From assembly GCA_964106645.2 (NCBI GenBank), contig OZ067047.1: a DNA stretch of 64,000 bases, one strand, 5' to 3'. A model generated the notes under the pieces. That model was not told the origin of the DNA. It was given only the letters and a program-made list of their open reading frames with translations, and did not search any database. Origin of the DNA: Podarcis pityusensis. Lineage: Eukaryota. A program made the translations under genes and the position numbers. This document shows, piece by piece, positions 1-13,196 of the stretch; position 1 is the stretch's first letter, and each line of letters starts with the position of its first letter.

Positions 1-101
1 GTCCAAGGTTGTTGTTGTTTTTGTTTAAAGTAGGATTATTATGGGTATAAAATGGCTTCACTCTGTGGCTCAGTTCAGACATGACCTAACTATTCAACAT
101 A

Positions 102-327
102 CTGTGGTATCTCTGGTTATGAACTTAATTCATTCTGGAGGTCCGTTCTTAACCTGAAACTGTTCTTAACCTGAGGTACCACTTTAGCTAATGGGGCCTC
201 CCGCTGCCGCTGTGCAGTCACCGTGCGATTTCTGTTCTCAGCCTGAGGTAAAGTTCTTAACCCGAGGTACTACTTCTGGGTTAGCGGAGTCTGTAACCCG
301 AAGTGTTTGTAACCCGAGGTACCACTG
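102..327. mobile_element. Tc1/mariner-type MITE, CAGTGGTACC family
   Basis: TIR c(t)gtggtatct...aggtaccactg flanked by TA; homologous to the copies at 2867, 5584 and 7276. Confidence 0.85.
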
Positions 328-1951
328 TATTTTGAAGTGCTTCCTGAGCTTTCTCTTCCCCCCTGCCATTATTTTTTTGTTGTTGTTTTTTTTGCTAACC
401 ATCATTTGCTATAATATCAGGACTGATGAACTATATTAGACCCACAATCGCCCCACCCATGAGGCAAGGTGAAGCAGATGCCTTAGACAGCAGAAGTACA
501 AGAGGCACCACCTGCCCCACAGCCTCTGCAGCTGGAATGCATCCCCGTCTCACTGAATTGGCGAGAGGGGGGTATTTTGGTGGCAGTGGAAGTGGTGGGG
601 CAAGCGAGGGGTGGAATACAGTGGGAAGGGAAGGGGCAGTACATTCCTGTTTCACCTCGGGTGGCGAAACAGAATGGGCCATCCCTGATTAGCCCTATGC
701 TTCCAAGCCCAATTTGAATATGGTTTCCAAACCATGCTGTGGAAGGCACGATCTATAGTTTGCCAATTTGTGACAAATTGTGGTTAGCAAAAGCAAACCA
801 GTAATGGAAGGAACCTGTACACGAAAGGGTAAGAAGTAGTGTGGGAGCCCAGGAGGGCACTCCCAAGAGCAAAACTATAATTTTGCATTACATCAAGCAT
901 ACTAGCTGCACTTCTGCTAGGTAGAGGTTAACAGAGAAAGTTTGCTTCCTGTTATGTGACAACAACAAAGCTGGGCTACCCTTCATACCATGCTCAGTAT
1001 AGTGCAGAATCCTTTTATATAGGCGCACTATCCTAGCACCCTTGCCTATTGTACTTGAGGCACTAGAACTGAGATAGGTGATACCCCATCCCGTCTGCCA
1101 CAGACAGATGTTGCTCTGTAGGGCCCACAGCACCAAACAAACGTATTCTGCTCAAAGAACCATACAGAGGAAAAGCAGGGACTTTGAAGTCGCCCATCAA
1201 CAGTTGGCACTTGGCAGTGGACTGATCTTCCTCACCACTGGATTTCTATGTGAATTACTAATTGTTTCTAATCTTGCATCTGTATTTACTTATTGGAATG
1301 TATCATTTTCATGCAATTTGGGTCCACTTTCCTCTTCTTTGTAGGTGGTGCATTTCCTCTTTTTCTAGCAAATTCTAAGTGTCCAGCCTATTTTCTCCTC
1401 CTCCTCATGGTCAAAAGTGAAAACCCAGTGGGAGCACCAAAGCAAGGCTTGGCAGAGAAACACTCAGACCCAAGGGGCTTAGAAAACAGCAATGCTTCAT
1501 CTCAAAAATTAGAAACACTGGTTCTCAATCCTGCCTGGAAGTTGCACTCTCCAACAAGCAAGGCCTCCTTAACAAACTACACACTCAGACACACACTACT
1601 GTGCCGTGTCTCAGTCCTAGAAGAAAACAGATCCCAGTGCTAAACCCTTGATTCACTTTAAGCAAAAACTTCCTGGAATTGCTATTGTCTGCCTGTCATC
1701 CTTCCCATTAGCTTCAGGGCAGGGAGAATCCAACATTAGACTTCGCCCTGCTATGTGTTGGAAGAAGCAGCTTTTATAGTGCCCTTCACTTCCTTCTCCT
1801 TCTGCTGCCCCACCTCTGTGAATCATGGGGGAGCAAAGTCGTCAGCACGCTCATTGTGGCAGCCAGCTGCAGCTTAGAACAGGCCAGGAGGCTCCACTCC
1901 ATCACAGCCAGACGTTATGCATGTAAGGAAGCGCCCTAGAAAAAGAGGATA

Positions 1952-2250
1952 ATAGAATCGTAGAATCGGAAGGGACCTCGAGAGTAACCTAGTCCAACCC
2001 CCGCCCCCGCAGCTGATGAAGGATACTCATTGCTACTGCACCCCTGAAATGTCAGGGGGCCCATCCAGTCTTCACTTTAAAGCCTCTAACAAAAATAGAG
2101 TCCAATGCATCCTGAGGCCGTCTGTCCCACTGTCAAACAGGCTTGAGCTGCCAGGAAGTTCTTCCTAATGCTAAGCTGAAATCCACTTGCAATTTGAACC
2201 CACTGATTCAGGCCCTACCCTGTGGAGCAACAGAATGCAATAGCAATGGC
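1952..2250 (-). mobile_element. CR1 LINE 3' end
   Basis: atagaatcgtagaatc ggaagggacc... is the reverse of the CR1 (ATTCTATG)n tail and 3'UTR. Confidence 0.7.
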
Positions 2251-2816
2251 TTCTTCGCCTGGCTGGTTTCTAGCACACCCAAACATGCTTAGCATGGCAA
2301 CCTGGCTATTTGTCAGAAGAGCATCCCTCTCTCTCTCTATCTCACACAAACACACACACACACACACATTTATGCTCATTGAAATTTTTGAGAATGAACA
2401 AAAACACAAGAGAACAAACAAACAAATGGTCGTGCATGATACACTGACAGAGAAAGGAAAGAAGCAAAGTGAATACTTGCAGAAAGGCCATCCATTTGCC
2501 TCCCTGCAATCCACAGTGAAGTAATTATAGTTATGGCATTAACACTCCTTATATGCAGAGAAGTCATTACAGATGATTTATCTTGAATAAGAGCACCAGC
2601 ACTATTTAGCATGTATAAGAGGCCTCCCAAATGTTTTGCATGCACACTGTATTCATCTTTACTTTTATTAGCCCTGGTTTCCCCATAGGAGAAACTGGTC
2701 ACTGAGCCAACACTGGAACAGGACATCATTGTATTTTATCTTGGGGGGGGGGGGGAGCATGCAAGAAAAAATGAATGTACATGCATGGTGAGGGCAGAGG
2801 AAGACAATTCAAAGAG

Positions 2817-2866
<50 letters not shown>
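2817..2866. repeat. (GT)7(GA)18 compound microsatellite
   Basis: Direct inspection. Confidence 0.95.
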
Positions 2867-2870
<4 letters not shown>

Positions 2871-3104
2871 CCTCGGGTTACATATGCTTCAGGTTACATA
2901 CACTTCAGGTTACAAACTCTGCTAACCAAGAAATATTACCTCGGGTTAAGAACTTTGCTTCAAGATGAGAACAAAAATCGTGTTCCGGCAGCACAGTGGC
3001 AGCAGGAGGCCCCATTAGCTAAAGTGGTGCTTCAGGTTAAGAACGGTTTCAGGTTAAGAACGGACCTCCGGAACGAATTAAGTACTTAACCCAAGGTACC
3101 ACTG
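2867..3104. mobile_element. Tc1/mariner-type MITE, same family, opposite orientation; left end abuts a microsatellite
   Basis: ggtacctcgggttac...ggtaccactg|TA; closely matches 5584-5826. Confidence 0.85.
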
Positions 3105-3306
3105 TAGGTTCCTTCAGTCTTGTAAGATTTGGTGAAATGGCAGCTGGTCTCTGGGGAACAAACTGGCTTTCCTCCTCAAGGCTTAAAGACCTCAAATCCA
3201 GCTTACTGCTGCCAGGTCAGATTTTGAGTGAAGAAGGGGAAAACATGCACACATACATTCAATATTATTGGGAGAACTCCAGGATGCCACAGCAAAGCCT
3301 CAAGAG

Positions 3307-3484
3307 ATGAAGAAGCAACCATCCCAGGAACACGCAGCCCTCTGCCTACTAGCCTGGAGTTGCCTAGAGTTTACCTTGAGTGAAGCTCTGGAATCCTTGA
3401 CCACCATCCCTGCAGAGGAAGCTGGTGTAAAGAAATTTCCTAGAGATGCTGGAAATGGGACCATTGTTCAAGGCAACCTTTCAG
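3307..3484 (+). CDS. SUSD3-like gene, first coding exon (signal-peptide-like segment and N-glycosylated stalk)
   Basis: GAGATGA start context; MKKQPSQEHAALCLLAWSCLEFTLSEA...GNGTIVQGNLS; two N-x-S/T sequons; donor CAG|gtactc, phase 1, matching the next exon. Confidence 0.65.
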
Positions 3485-5583
3485 GTACTCTGAAACGTCT
3501 TGTGTTTAAGTGTGTGTTTGTGTCCTCAGATCTTCAGCCAAAAGTCACATCTTGTGTGTCTAATACACACAACTTGCTATCGAAAGGGTATTCTTCCTAC
3601 CATCGCTCAAGGGGCTCATTACTAGGTCACTCATTACTTGCCCCTTAGCATCCCGGTTTAACCACTCGGTCATATTAACTGCTGCAAAAACCACAACGTT
3701 AACTCTTAAGCGTCACCGAGGATCAAAGCTATGGATTTTTTTCTCACAGACTCAATGCACACATATAAATGGTATGAAGAATTTAACCTACTTTAGTGCA
3801 TATAAATGTTGAGGGATGTGGTGGCAATTATTCTGTGCTAGTAAATGTCAAGTACAAGTGTGTTGTTTTGTAAGCATGGTGCAAATTCACCAGGAAGCAC
3901 ACTATGGCATCTTCAACTAAGATCTTGATCCACATATGTTCTAGATGTTCTTTGAATTTCCTTCTCTTTTTTGAGCAAAAATATTTCTTTTATACTGTGC
4001 ATCATTACATCTTCTTCCCTCCTGGGGGTGGGGATATTGGTAGTTTGATAAACCTTTTGGGAGGAGCAGAGCTGGTACCAAGGGGATAACATTATCTTAG
4101 GAGGAAAACTTAGGATTCGTGATTTTAGTTGCTTTCTCTGTAAGGCAATTGCAGGGAAAGGGGGCACTTAGTGGGGAATTGGTGAACAGGTCCCTCTGTC
4201 TCCCTTGCACTATACATAGTATGTTTATTTATTAAAAAACTGTTTATTGAAGTGTTTTTAGAGGATTTTTAAAGATCAGCAAAGTATAACAGAACGGCAT
4301 AAAAACTATAAAGGAGTAGGCATGAATATGTTGTCCACATTAGAATGAAATCAATGCACAATGTAGAAACATGTCCAGTCCAAAATTGATGAGAGGTGTA
4401 TATTTATATTGATGAATTGTTGTTAATGAATGCAATGAATGGAAACCATTACATGTTAAAGATACCTGATTTAGAGAAGCCATTGATCACACGGTCCTGG
4501 TACTTCACTTATGCCACTGGAGAACAGCCCTAAACCCTATTGAATCCTGCTGTCTCCAGTGTTGCAGTTAATGTTATGAGGTATGTCTGGTTGAAAAGGC
4601 TTGTGATTGGGAGACAAATTATCTGTATTATTTTGTTAATATTGTATGCCTGAGTCCATCAGACTGCTCTACCACAAGCTTTGAGGTCCAAGCTTTCTCC
4701 AACTCCAAAGTGAAGGAAGTTTATGCTGTGAGCCTCCCTGGGATCTATGAGAATGGGGCAGTAAACAAATTTAACAAACAAACAAGCCTTAGAAGTGGCA
4801 GGTGCTTCTGGTGCACTAATTTTAATGTGGACTGAGATGAACTCTAGGCAAATTTACCTTCATGGCATATCTTTGCCAAATTTTCTTCTGGTCATCTTCA
4901 GAGATATGGCTGTCTCTTTCCCAAACTAACCATGACCTCTCAGTAGAGACAAACAAGTAGCCTAGCAAAAGGATGTCAGTTTGAGAAACTAAGCATTTAG
5001 CCTTAGGTGAGCTGTTTACCACTACATTTTCAAAGCCAGCCAGTTCCATTGTTTTAGACTGCAATCCTACACACACATAACTGGGAGCAAATTCTATTGA
5101 ACTTAGTGGGACTTACTTCTGAGGGAGTACTGACACAGGGAACTGTGTTGTCCCAGTTACACTGGATGCCAAATCTGTACTTACTGCTTAGTTTCCAGCC
5201 TGAAGGAATTTGCTAACCCTCTTATGAGCGCTGAACCATACTTACCCTCAAGAGGCAGCAAGTACAATAATGAAAAACCAGCATTTTCCTGGGAACACTT
5301 CAGACCTTACCATGTGCCCTGATTTCCTTCCCTTGCTTTAAAATGTGGCGTATGGAGAGAAGAGATGGAATACACAAATGCAATACATCTGGCTTTGCTT
5401 ATCATAGTATGGACAGTTTGCACAGCTGTACAATACAAAACACCCACTTTTTTCAGGGAGTACCCTTCTTTCATACATACAGTTCAACATGAGAAGCACC
5501 AAGTTATAAGAGCCACTTTCCTTAGTCTGATTCAAAAACCTATCTAACCCAGCATAAAGTTTACCAGAGCAGCCAATCAGATA

Positions 5584-5826
5584 CAGTGGTACCTCAGGTT
5601 ACATACGCTTCAGGTTACATACGCTTCAGGTTACAGACTCCGCTAACCCAGAAATAGTGCTTCAGGTTAAGAACTTTGCTTCAGGATAAGAACAGAAATT
5701 GTGCTCCGGCGGTGCGGCGGCAGGAGGAGGCCCCATTAGCTAAACCTGGTACCTCAGGTTAAGAACAGTTTCAGATTAAGAACGGACCTCCAGAACGAAT
5801 TAAGTACTTAACCCGAGGTAGCACTG
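5584..5826. mobile_element. Tc1/mariner-type MITE, complete
   Basis: TA|CAGTGGTACCTCAGGTT...CCCGAGGTAGCACTG|TA. Confidence 0.88.
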
Positions 5827-6151
5827 TACTTGTTTAATACCACTGTACACAAGAGGGCAACAGCCCTCTCCCACTGTTGTTCCCCAGCTACCAGCATTCA
5901 AGGCACGCTGCCTCTGATCCTGGTTCTGGGCATGTAGCCATCATGACTAGTGGTCACTGGTAGCCTTATCCTCCATCAATTCACCCTCTTGTGATGCCAT
6001 CACATTACAGCAGCTCCCACGCAGACAAAAGCTGCTGCTGCACAAGTCACTTTGCAGAACCTCATTTGCAGACCTGAGCTGCCAACGCCATTGATTCGTA
6101 CAGATGTGTTCTTCAGATAACCCATATTTAGTTTCCCTGTGTCTGTTGCAG

Positions 6152-6340
6152 CTCAGTGCACAGCTCTCCTCCCTCCAAGCTATGGGTTTTATTATACTGA
6201 AGAGGGCTCTGGCAGCTCCCTGGGTTCAGTGGTCACATACTGGTGCAAAGATGGCTATCAGCTTGTGGGCAAACAAAAACTGACCTGTTTGCTAGAAGGA
6301 AGCATCTTTTACTGGAGTCACCCCCCACCTCACTGTGAAG
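6152..6340 (+). CDS. SUSD3-like gene, sushi/CCP domain exon
   Basis: ctgttgcag|CT CAG TGC...GAA G|gtaagc; phase 1-1, 189 nt; QCTALLPPSYG...SVVTYWCKDGYQLVG...LTC...WSHPPPHCE has the 4 Cys and the Trp of the CCP consensus. Confidence 0.93.
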
Positions 6341-6575
6341 GTAAGCTACTGGTTAAACTTATTTCTGAATTGCTGGGCTTTGTATGAACAGATTATTGCG
6401 CTGTTCAAATGTGGATCAAGAAAGTATGCATCTTTTCAGATCAATCTCTCCGCAAAAATAAAGATTCTAAATGGAAAAACTAAGGAGTGAACTGGCAATA
6501 TTCCAGGTGCCCTTTAGTTAATGCCATTTACAGCGTGTGACTCATAACAAGCATGCTTTGTTTTTGTCACCTTAG

Positions 6576-6732
6576 TGATCCCAAAGCCCCTGGACAAAGG
6601 GTTCCGGGTGGCAGTAATCGCCTCTCTCATCAGTGGAGTGATCATTGTTACCATGTCAATCTCCTTTGCTGTTTGTTGCCTGCAAGACAGGATGTTGAGG
6701 GCAAATGAACAAAGCAGTGACACCAGAGGAGG
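6576..6732 (+). CDS. SUSD3-like gene, transmembrane exon
   Basis: ttttgtcaccttag|TG ATC...GGA GG|gtaagt; VIPKPLDKGFRVAVIASLISGVIIVTMSISFAVCCLQDR...; resembles the SUSD3 GFKVAVIAS...FLTCC TM segment; missed by the ORF track. Confidence 0.9.
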
Positions 6733-7275
6733 GTAAGTATTGAATAGATTCCGCCTGTAACCTCAGTCAGGCCCATTCACCACCATAATTAGGCTCTCAA
6801 GTGAGAAGTGGCTCCACCACTAAGGCTGTTTGATGACAAATGGCCAGGTATCCAAGAATGAGCCAAACAAATTGAAGAAAGGAGTGCTGCTTAGCCCTCA
6901 GTCTCCTTTCGATTCGGATTGGCAATGTTTCTATTAGAGCCCATTGAAAAATCTCCATGCAGGTAATAGGTACAACTCTCTTATTAGACTTTATCAACCT
7001 ATAGAGAGTGGGAAACACCCGTGTAGTTCCTGCCATCCTTTCCCTGATGACTGGTTGGGAAGTTGGGGTGCAACAACATATTGAGGGCACCACATTGACT
7101 ATCCCCGAGAGGGAGACATGTTTGTTTCTTAAGCATCTGCCTGTTCCACTGACTGCGCTGGGAATATTATGTTTTCAGTGTGAAGTCTTTTAGCTCTGGA
7201 AACTGTGGCTATGGAAGTTGCATTCTGTCAGTAACTTTCCCCACGAGCATGCCAAGATCCTGCGAGAAAATCGTA

Positions 7276-7362
7276 CAGTGGTACCTTGGGTTAAGAACTT
7301 AATTTGTTCTGGAGGTCCGTTCTTAACCTGAAACTGTTCTTAACCTGAGGTACCACTTTAGC
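7276..7362. mobile_element. Truncated copy of the same MITE
   Basis: TA|CAGTGGTACCTTGGGTTAAGAACTTAAT...GGTACCACTTTAGC; matches the first ~90 nt of the copy at 102. Confidence 0.8.
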
Positions 7363-9299
7363 ATTATGTGTATGTACATGTAATGGCATGGCATGGCAGG
7401 AATGCATGGGAACATTAGGAAAGATGGTGGCTGAAACTTGGTTGAGTAATCATTGGCAGCTATAGGAGCTCAGGAAAGGGAGCAAGTCCGGGGATCAGAT
7501 TGGCTTGTTGGGTTATTTGAAAAACAGTGCATTCGACAAGAACAATATTTGTGGCAGGGAGTCACAAGGGTGGTGGCTGATGAATTCAGCAGCCAACTAC
7601 CAGGTGTTTCCAGAGCTACACCCTCACTTACATTTTGAGGTCCAGCTTCATGAGCTATTTTACCACTCCAGTGATTCAAAGCAGTTTGATCAGTTGCAAG
7701 GGCCCCACATCCCCTCCTACACTTTTTCCAGACTTAGGGAGAGGAAGGGGCAGGGCTGGGCCTCATCCAAGAACACGTATCTTTGGGTTTTGGGTAGGCT
7801 GTGAAAATCAAGTTCCCTTTCTGCAACCAACAAAGTTGGATCCAGTGCAATAGGCTTTCGGCTGGACATTTATTTAAGCATTTGTCCGGCGTGTTATGGC
7901 GCGTATAGAATGAAGCTCCCTCTGCTGGTTAAGAAACAGAGTCCATATGGATTTGCCATATGGATTAGGAGTATTAGAGCAGCACCACACTGCTCTTGGC
8001 TTCCTATCCCACCTTTATGGGCATAAATCCCACTAAGTACAGTAGGACTTCCTTCTGAGAAAATATATATAGTCCTTGTTGGTTATATGTTCCCCATGAG
8101 ACAGCTATATAAATGTACAACCATCAAAATATACCATTCAAGTGCTTACCCTTTTCCTGAATACTATGCATGTATGCTCTAATAGACTCAGTCACTGCGC
8201 CAGTGTAACACCTCTGGTTCCTCCCTGTAGTTTGTTTTTAGTATTCACAGAGAAGGGTCTCATATTAACCAAACCCATCACATCTCTGGTAGAATGAGGT
8301 ATTTGCAAAGGATATATATACAGAGAGAGAGAGCGTGAGTCATGGCAAGAATGTTGTGCTCTATTTTCTGTCGTGGATGCTTTAGCTGAGAATCCTGTAT
8401 TCCAGGGGGTTGTACTAAATGACCTTTGAGGTCCCTTCCAACTCTACAATTCTATGATTCTATGATTTCAGCAGCCTTAAAAACACTAAGGGCAGTATTC
8501 AAATATATTTTTTCTGCACTAGCACAAGATTCCCCGCTCTCCTTCCTCTGCACACACTCTGCGCTCAGTGGAGGAGGTGGGGGTGGAGAACAGGTGGGGG
8601 TGTGGCTGGTGGGTGTCCCGGGGGCGGGGCGCCCAGTGCGGGGGTGGGGCAGCCGCAATGGCACCCCACCGGGATTGCGCTGCCCCCGCACCCCTCTTCC
8701 TCCACCAGTGTCTGCGCTGTCCTCATATCTTCTCCACGGGGGTTGGGGGAGTCCCCATAACAGGTTTGGTGGGAGGAAGGAAAGGGGAAGAATGTTCCTT
8801 TGTGCAAGGAGAAAACTTTGCACTGATGGAATGTTCTCTTTAGTGCTGTATTGAATAGGACCGTAAGCCTGGGAGAATTCTAGATTCTGTTGTAGTTCCA
8901 TTGCTACTCTCAATCACTGGTTTTTTCTCTTGCATTGCAAAGTGTTACACCATGAGAAGGGTGCATTTTATCGTATATTTCTCCTGCATCAAACTTCTTC
9001 TGAGTTACTGAGCAAATTACTAAGCTAGTGCTGCCATCTGCAGGCCAAGGGGTCAAATCAAAAACCTTCTCTAATTTGAAGATGGGTTAGCAGGGGCTGA
9101 TGGGAAATGTGGTCCAAAACAGCAGGTAGGCACTAGGCAGGTGAAGGCAGGGCCAGGTGGTAGACAATTCAGCTTTATGTTGTTGTTTCCTGTACCACAA
9201 GAGGAGCAAACCAAAAGTCACACACTCCGAACTATAATCCCCGCATTGAGAGATCTGTGAAAGTCACACACACCCCGCCAAAATACATACGTGAATACA

Positions 9300-9510
9300 G
9301 AATGACTAAACATCAGGAAGAACTTTCTGACAGTAAGAGCTGTTTAACAGTGAAACAGACTCCCTCAGAATATGGTGGACTCACTTTCATTGGAGGTTTT
9401 AAGCAGAAGTTGGATGGCCATCTGTCAGGGATGCATTAGTTGAGATTCCTGCATTGCAGAGGGTTGGGTTTGATGACTCTTAGGATCCCTTCCAACTCTA
9501 CGATTCTATG
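9300..9510 (+). mobile_element. CR1 LINE 3' end
   Basis: aggaagaactttctgacagtaagagctg...cccttccaactctacgattctatga; related short tails at ~8400-8467 and ~12415-12472. Confidence 0.75.
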
Positions 9511-10499
9511 ACAGAAATGGTGTAAAAGTGAAGGACTGGAATATGCTGTTGCCTAAGCACGCAGCGTCAACTACTTGCTGTCAGACATGGTATAGATTTA
9601 AAGACTGCTTTTGTGTTTTTACTACATTTCATAAATTGGGGGTCTCCAAATACTTTCTCATTCGCTGATAGAACTCATAGCAAGGCCTGAAGGAAGCCAT
9701 TTCCCACCTAAAGGGAAAACATGGGGGTGTTTGTTTGTTTGTTTGTTTGTTCAACAACTCAGTTGTTTACACCCACCAATCTGTCACTTCTTTCTAATTA
9801 ATTGTAATTTTTTGGCATCTGCATTGCAGTTTTGCATTTGCCTGCGTGTGTTCAAATTCTACGGGGCAGAAAAATCTCACTAGCCATTTTGTGAAAGCAA
9901 ACACTAAAGTAGTATTGAAAAAGGGCATCCAGGGACCTTCTTGTGCAGCAAACGTTGCCATATTGTTAAATCAGCCCTGCTTTAGTAGATGATTGCACAA
10001 GCTTCCTCTGGTTTAGTAGAAGTGATAAAGATATACCTCATATCCCAAATGGACTTTTCTATTTTAGATGTACCACTGGGGGAAGGCATCCATTTGGGGG
10101 AAAAACCAGACGCAGGATTTTCCAAACAAAACTCCACTTTGAAAGAACCAATTAAATGTCCCACCACAAAAACCCCTCTTAGGAGCTTAATGTTGTTAAA
10201 TAGACTCTGAAGCCCGATTACATCATAGCAAAGGGAAGGAAACCTTTTGTTTTCATTTATTCACTCTTCTGGAAAGTACATTTTAACAAGAAAAACATTT
10301 CAGTGATGGTATTGATATCCAACTGAAGGAAAGGGCTAGAATCTGCAGGACAGGCACCTGAAAGAACAGGATGCTGGACTAAACAGGCCACTGGCCTGAT
10401 CCAGCAACCTCTCCTGACCTGAAATATATGTTGCCATTGTAAACGTAGTGAATACCTTGATAAACTAGAACAAATGTAGCACATTTTCTCATATTCCAG

Positions 10500-10682
10500 G
10501 CAACGACCGAGAAGGAAATTCAAAGTTGGGAGAGGAAACTCAGCTAAACAGGAGATGGGGAAGAGCAGGACTCGCTTTGGGAAAATGAAGCACAATCGCA
10601 GGCTTCAATATCGCACCTCTGCCCTCTACAGTTGCGCGTACCCTGGGGCTCTGGCAGGATGCAGTAACCAGGGATTCCAAAG
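10500..10682 (+). CDS. SUSD3-like gene, basic cytoplasmic exon
   Basis: ttctcatattccag|G CAA CGA...CAA AG|gtattc; phase 2-2, 183 nt, open; QRPRRKFKVGRG...GCSNQGFQ. Confidence 0.8.
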
Positions 10683-12675
10683 GTATTCCATGCCTGTACC
10701 CTGCAGTCAATTCTCCCCCTTAGAGTGGCCGCGGGCTCCACTTACAGAGCACAGCTGTCTATTTCGAGGGCTGGCAGTAAACCATCTGATGGGCTGTCTG
10801 GTCTCAACCTGGTTTAAGAATGAAGAACCATAAGAAGGGAGGACAGGATCCAGCCCCTACACAGCAGGGCGCAAACAGGTCGCCTAGCCAGTCTTTCCTA
10901 GTATGGTGAGCTGGAGTGTGCTTGTGCGTGCACACATGGACATTTCGTGCAAACATTGGCTGACTTTTGTGGGGGTGCATTTCATTTTAGTGGGGGGTGG
11001 GATGTGATGTACAAGTGTTTACCCTATCTTGCCTAGAAGCTTACACTGCATTAGTGAAACTGCTCTGCATGTTGAAAGCTACTATCACCAATTAATGCTG
11101 TACTCACTGCCCTTCCTTTATCCACCACAAAGCATTACAATCCTAACAGAGTCCCTCCTGGATCTACTAAGGACTCCTTCACACAGCCCAGGCCTGTCTC
11201 TACTGTATTTTCTCAAGTAGACAAGTTTAAACTATCTGACCTGCTGAAGTTTTTCAAACCTTGTCTTGTATTACCATATTGATGTAGAAACGTAGCGCCA
11301 ATTAAAATTTCAGAAAACAGTCTTGGGGCGTTGTTCATTCTAGAGACTGACCATGAAGGAATCAAGTGATAGGATTAAGATCTTGAAAGTAGGTGTTCTT
11401 CCTAGTCTTTGTCCAATATTTAAGATCCTTCCATATCAATGAGAATGTTATTTCTTTAATTCTATTCCAAATTATCAGAAGGGCTATAGAAAGTTATGCC
11501 TTTATGCCTTTCTTTTCTCCAGACCATGGTTGGTATATTAACTCAAAGAAAATTCTTCTTCCATCTAAATCCAAGTGACTATTCTTGCCTTATCCAAGAA
11601 ATCATTGCTTAAAAGGATGGGTTGTTTGGTAACTAGTCCACAGCTGGAGCATTGCTAGCTAAGACAACTCTTTAATGTTTGACATAATTCAGTGCATGCT
11701 AAACTGTAACCAGATTTGTTAAACATTTCAGGGTTGTTTAAAAAGAGAGAGCACAGAAAGACAGATAGACAAGTTCTGTCTCAGTCTTGCCCAGAAGATG
11801 AAGAGGAGCATATTGGCTTAAACCTTCTATGACTGCTGAGGGCTCCTCAGTTATCATAACCCTCAAATTATATTGTAGAAGGCTACTTTTCTTGTAATTT
11901 CACCTATTCACTGTTCAGCTGTATTGCGAGGGACCTATTATACAGAAGGGTGCTCTCAGGATGATTTGAGAGTGCCTGGCACAATAGCCAGGAAATCTTA
12001 TGGGAACAGTGTTGATCCCTGTTTACCCACAGCACACAGACCAACAATATCAACAAATGGGGCACAGCTAAAGTTATACAGTATAAAATCAGTTAAATCA
12101 TGCTGAGCTCCCAATACTAAAAGCGCTTCTTATTTTGAGCTACATAGCTGGAAAAGCAGCTATCTGGGATATGGCATGGCTTGATCCTCTTCTCTGTATG
12201 TCTTAACCAAGGTTTTGAATATGTAGGAGGGATTCACCAGATGAGAGTAAGGGGATCCTTCCAGATGTTGTAGGACTCCAACTCCCACCAGCCACAGCTG
12301 GTACAGCCAAGGGCGAGGGATGATGAAAGGTGAAGTCGAACATCTGGAGGACCAAAGCACAGTGCTGAGAACACCAAGCTGGCAGGTTCGATTCTCATAT
12401 GGGACAGATGCATATTCCTGCATTGCAGGACTAGATGATACGCAGGGTCCCTTCCAACTCTACGATTCTATGATCCGCACAGCAGGTGATTCAAATGTCC
12501 TCCTAAGCAGCAAATGACACTTTCACAGACTGGGGAGGGTGAAATTCATAATGTCACAAAAGCATGATCATTATGTTCCAGTGGCCCTTTAGTCGTAGAA
12601 CATTTTGTTCAGAGTGATTTTGATTACTGCCCAACGCCTCTCACCATCTCTTTTACTGTGTTCCATTTCTAATAG

Positions 12676-12931
12676 GAGCCAGGAGAATTTGCAGAAATGG
12701 GCACCGCAAAGCTTATGCTCCGAAATCCACATCTTCCCGCAGGTTGTTCTGAAGCCAGGAACTGCCCCATCTGCCTCGATGTTCGTTCATTTGCTTCAGA
12801 AACCAGGAGACGCCCCCTTGAACGTGAAACCTTGCCATCGCAATCTCCCCCAAGCCTTGCCTTCCGTTTATTACAGAAGATCTGAAGGACTGAACCCTTT
12901 GAATAAGACAGCACTTTGGAATCCGAGATAA
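12676..12931 (+). CDS. SUSD3-like gene, last coding exon
   Basis: ccatttctaatag|G AGC CAG GAG...; phase 2; SQENLQKWAPQSLCSEIHIFPQVVL...LWNPR TAA; total CDS 963 nt = 320 aa. Confidence 0.8.
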
Positions 12932-13196
12932 ATCGCTTTGTAATGAACCAACAGCAATGCACTCATGGAAGTTTGTGGGAACTGACTTCTTGCTCTTTTA
13001 TGGCATACATAGCCCATTTATGAAACCTGTCATTATAGGTCAGTTTATGTAAAATACAATAGAGAAAACATGTATAATCTGAAGCATGCAACCCTATGAT
13101 ATAGGCTGCTTGTTCAAAACTGAAACATACTACTAAAAATGTACCATCTACTCGGGTAACAGTGGGAGCTCTAAAAAGGAAAAGTGAGTTTTAACG

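Noticed and set aside
1293-1643. 116-aa ORF with an acceptor-like site near 1344
   Set aside because: No recognisable protein features and no clear link to other exons
7453-7853. Plus-strand ORFs as exon 4 of the sushi gene
   Set aside because: No polypyrimidine acceptor; 10500-10682 fits phase and splice signals much better
8426-8913. Overlapping 142-aa and 153-aa ORFs
   Set aside because: A GC-rich palindromic block suppresses stops in several frames; no domain and no fitting splice sites
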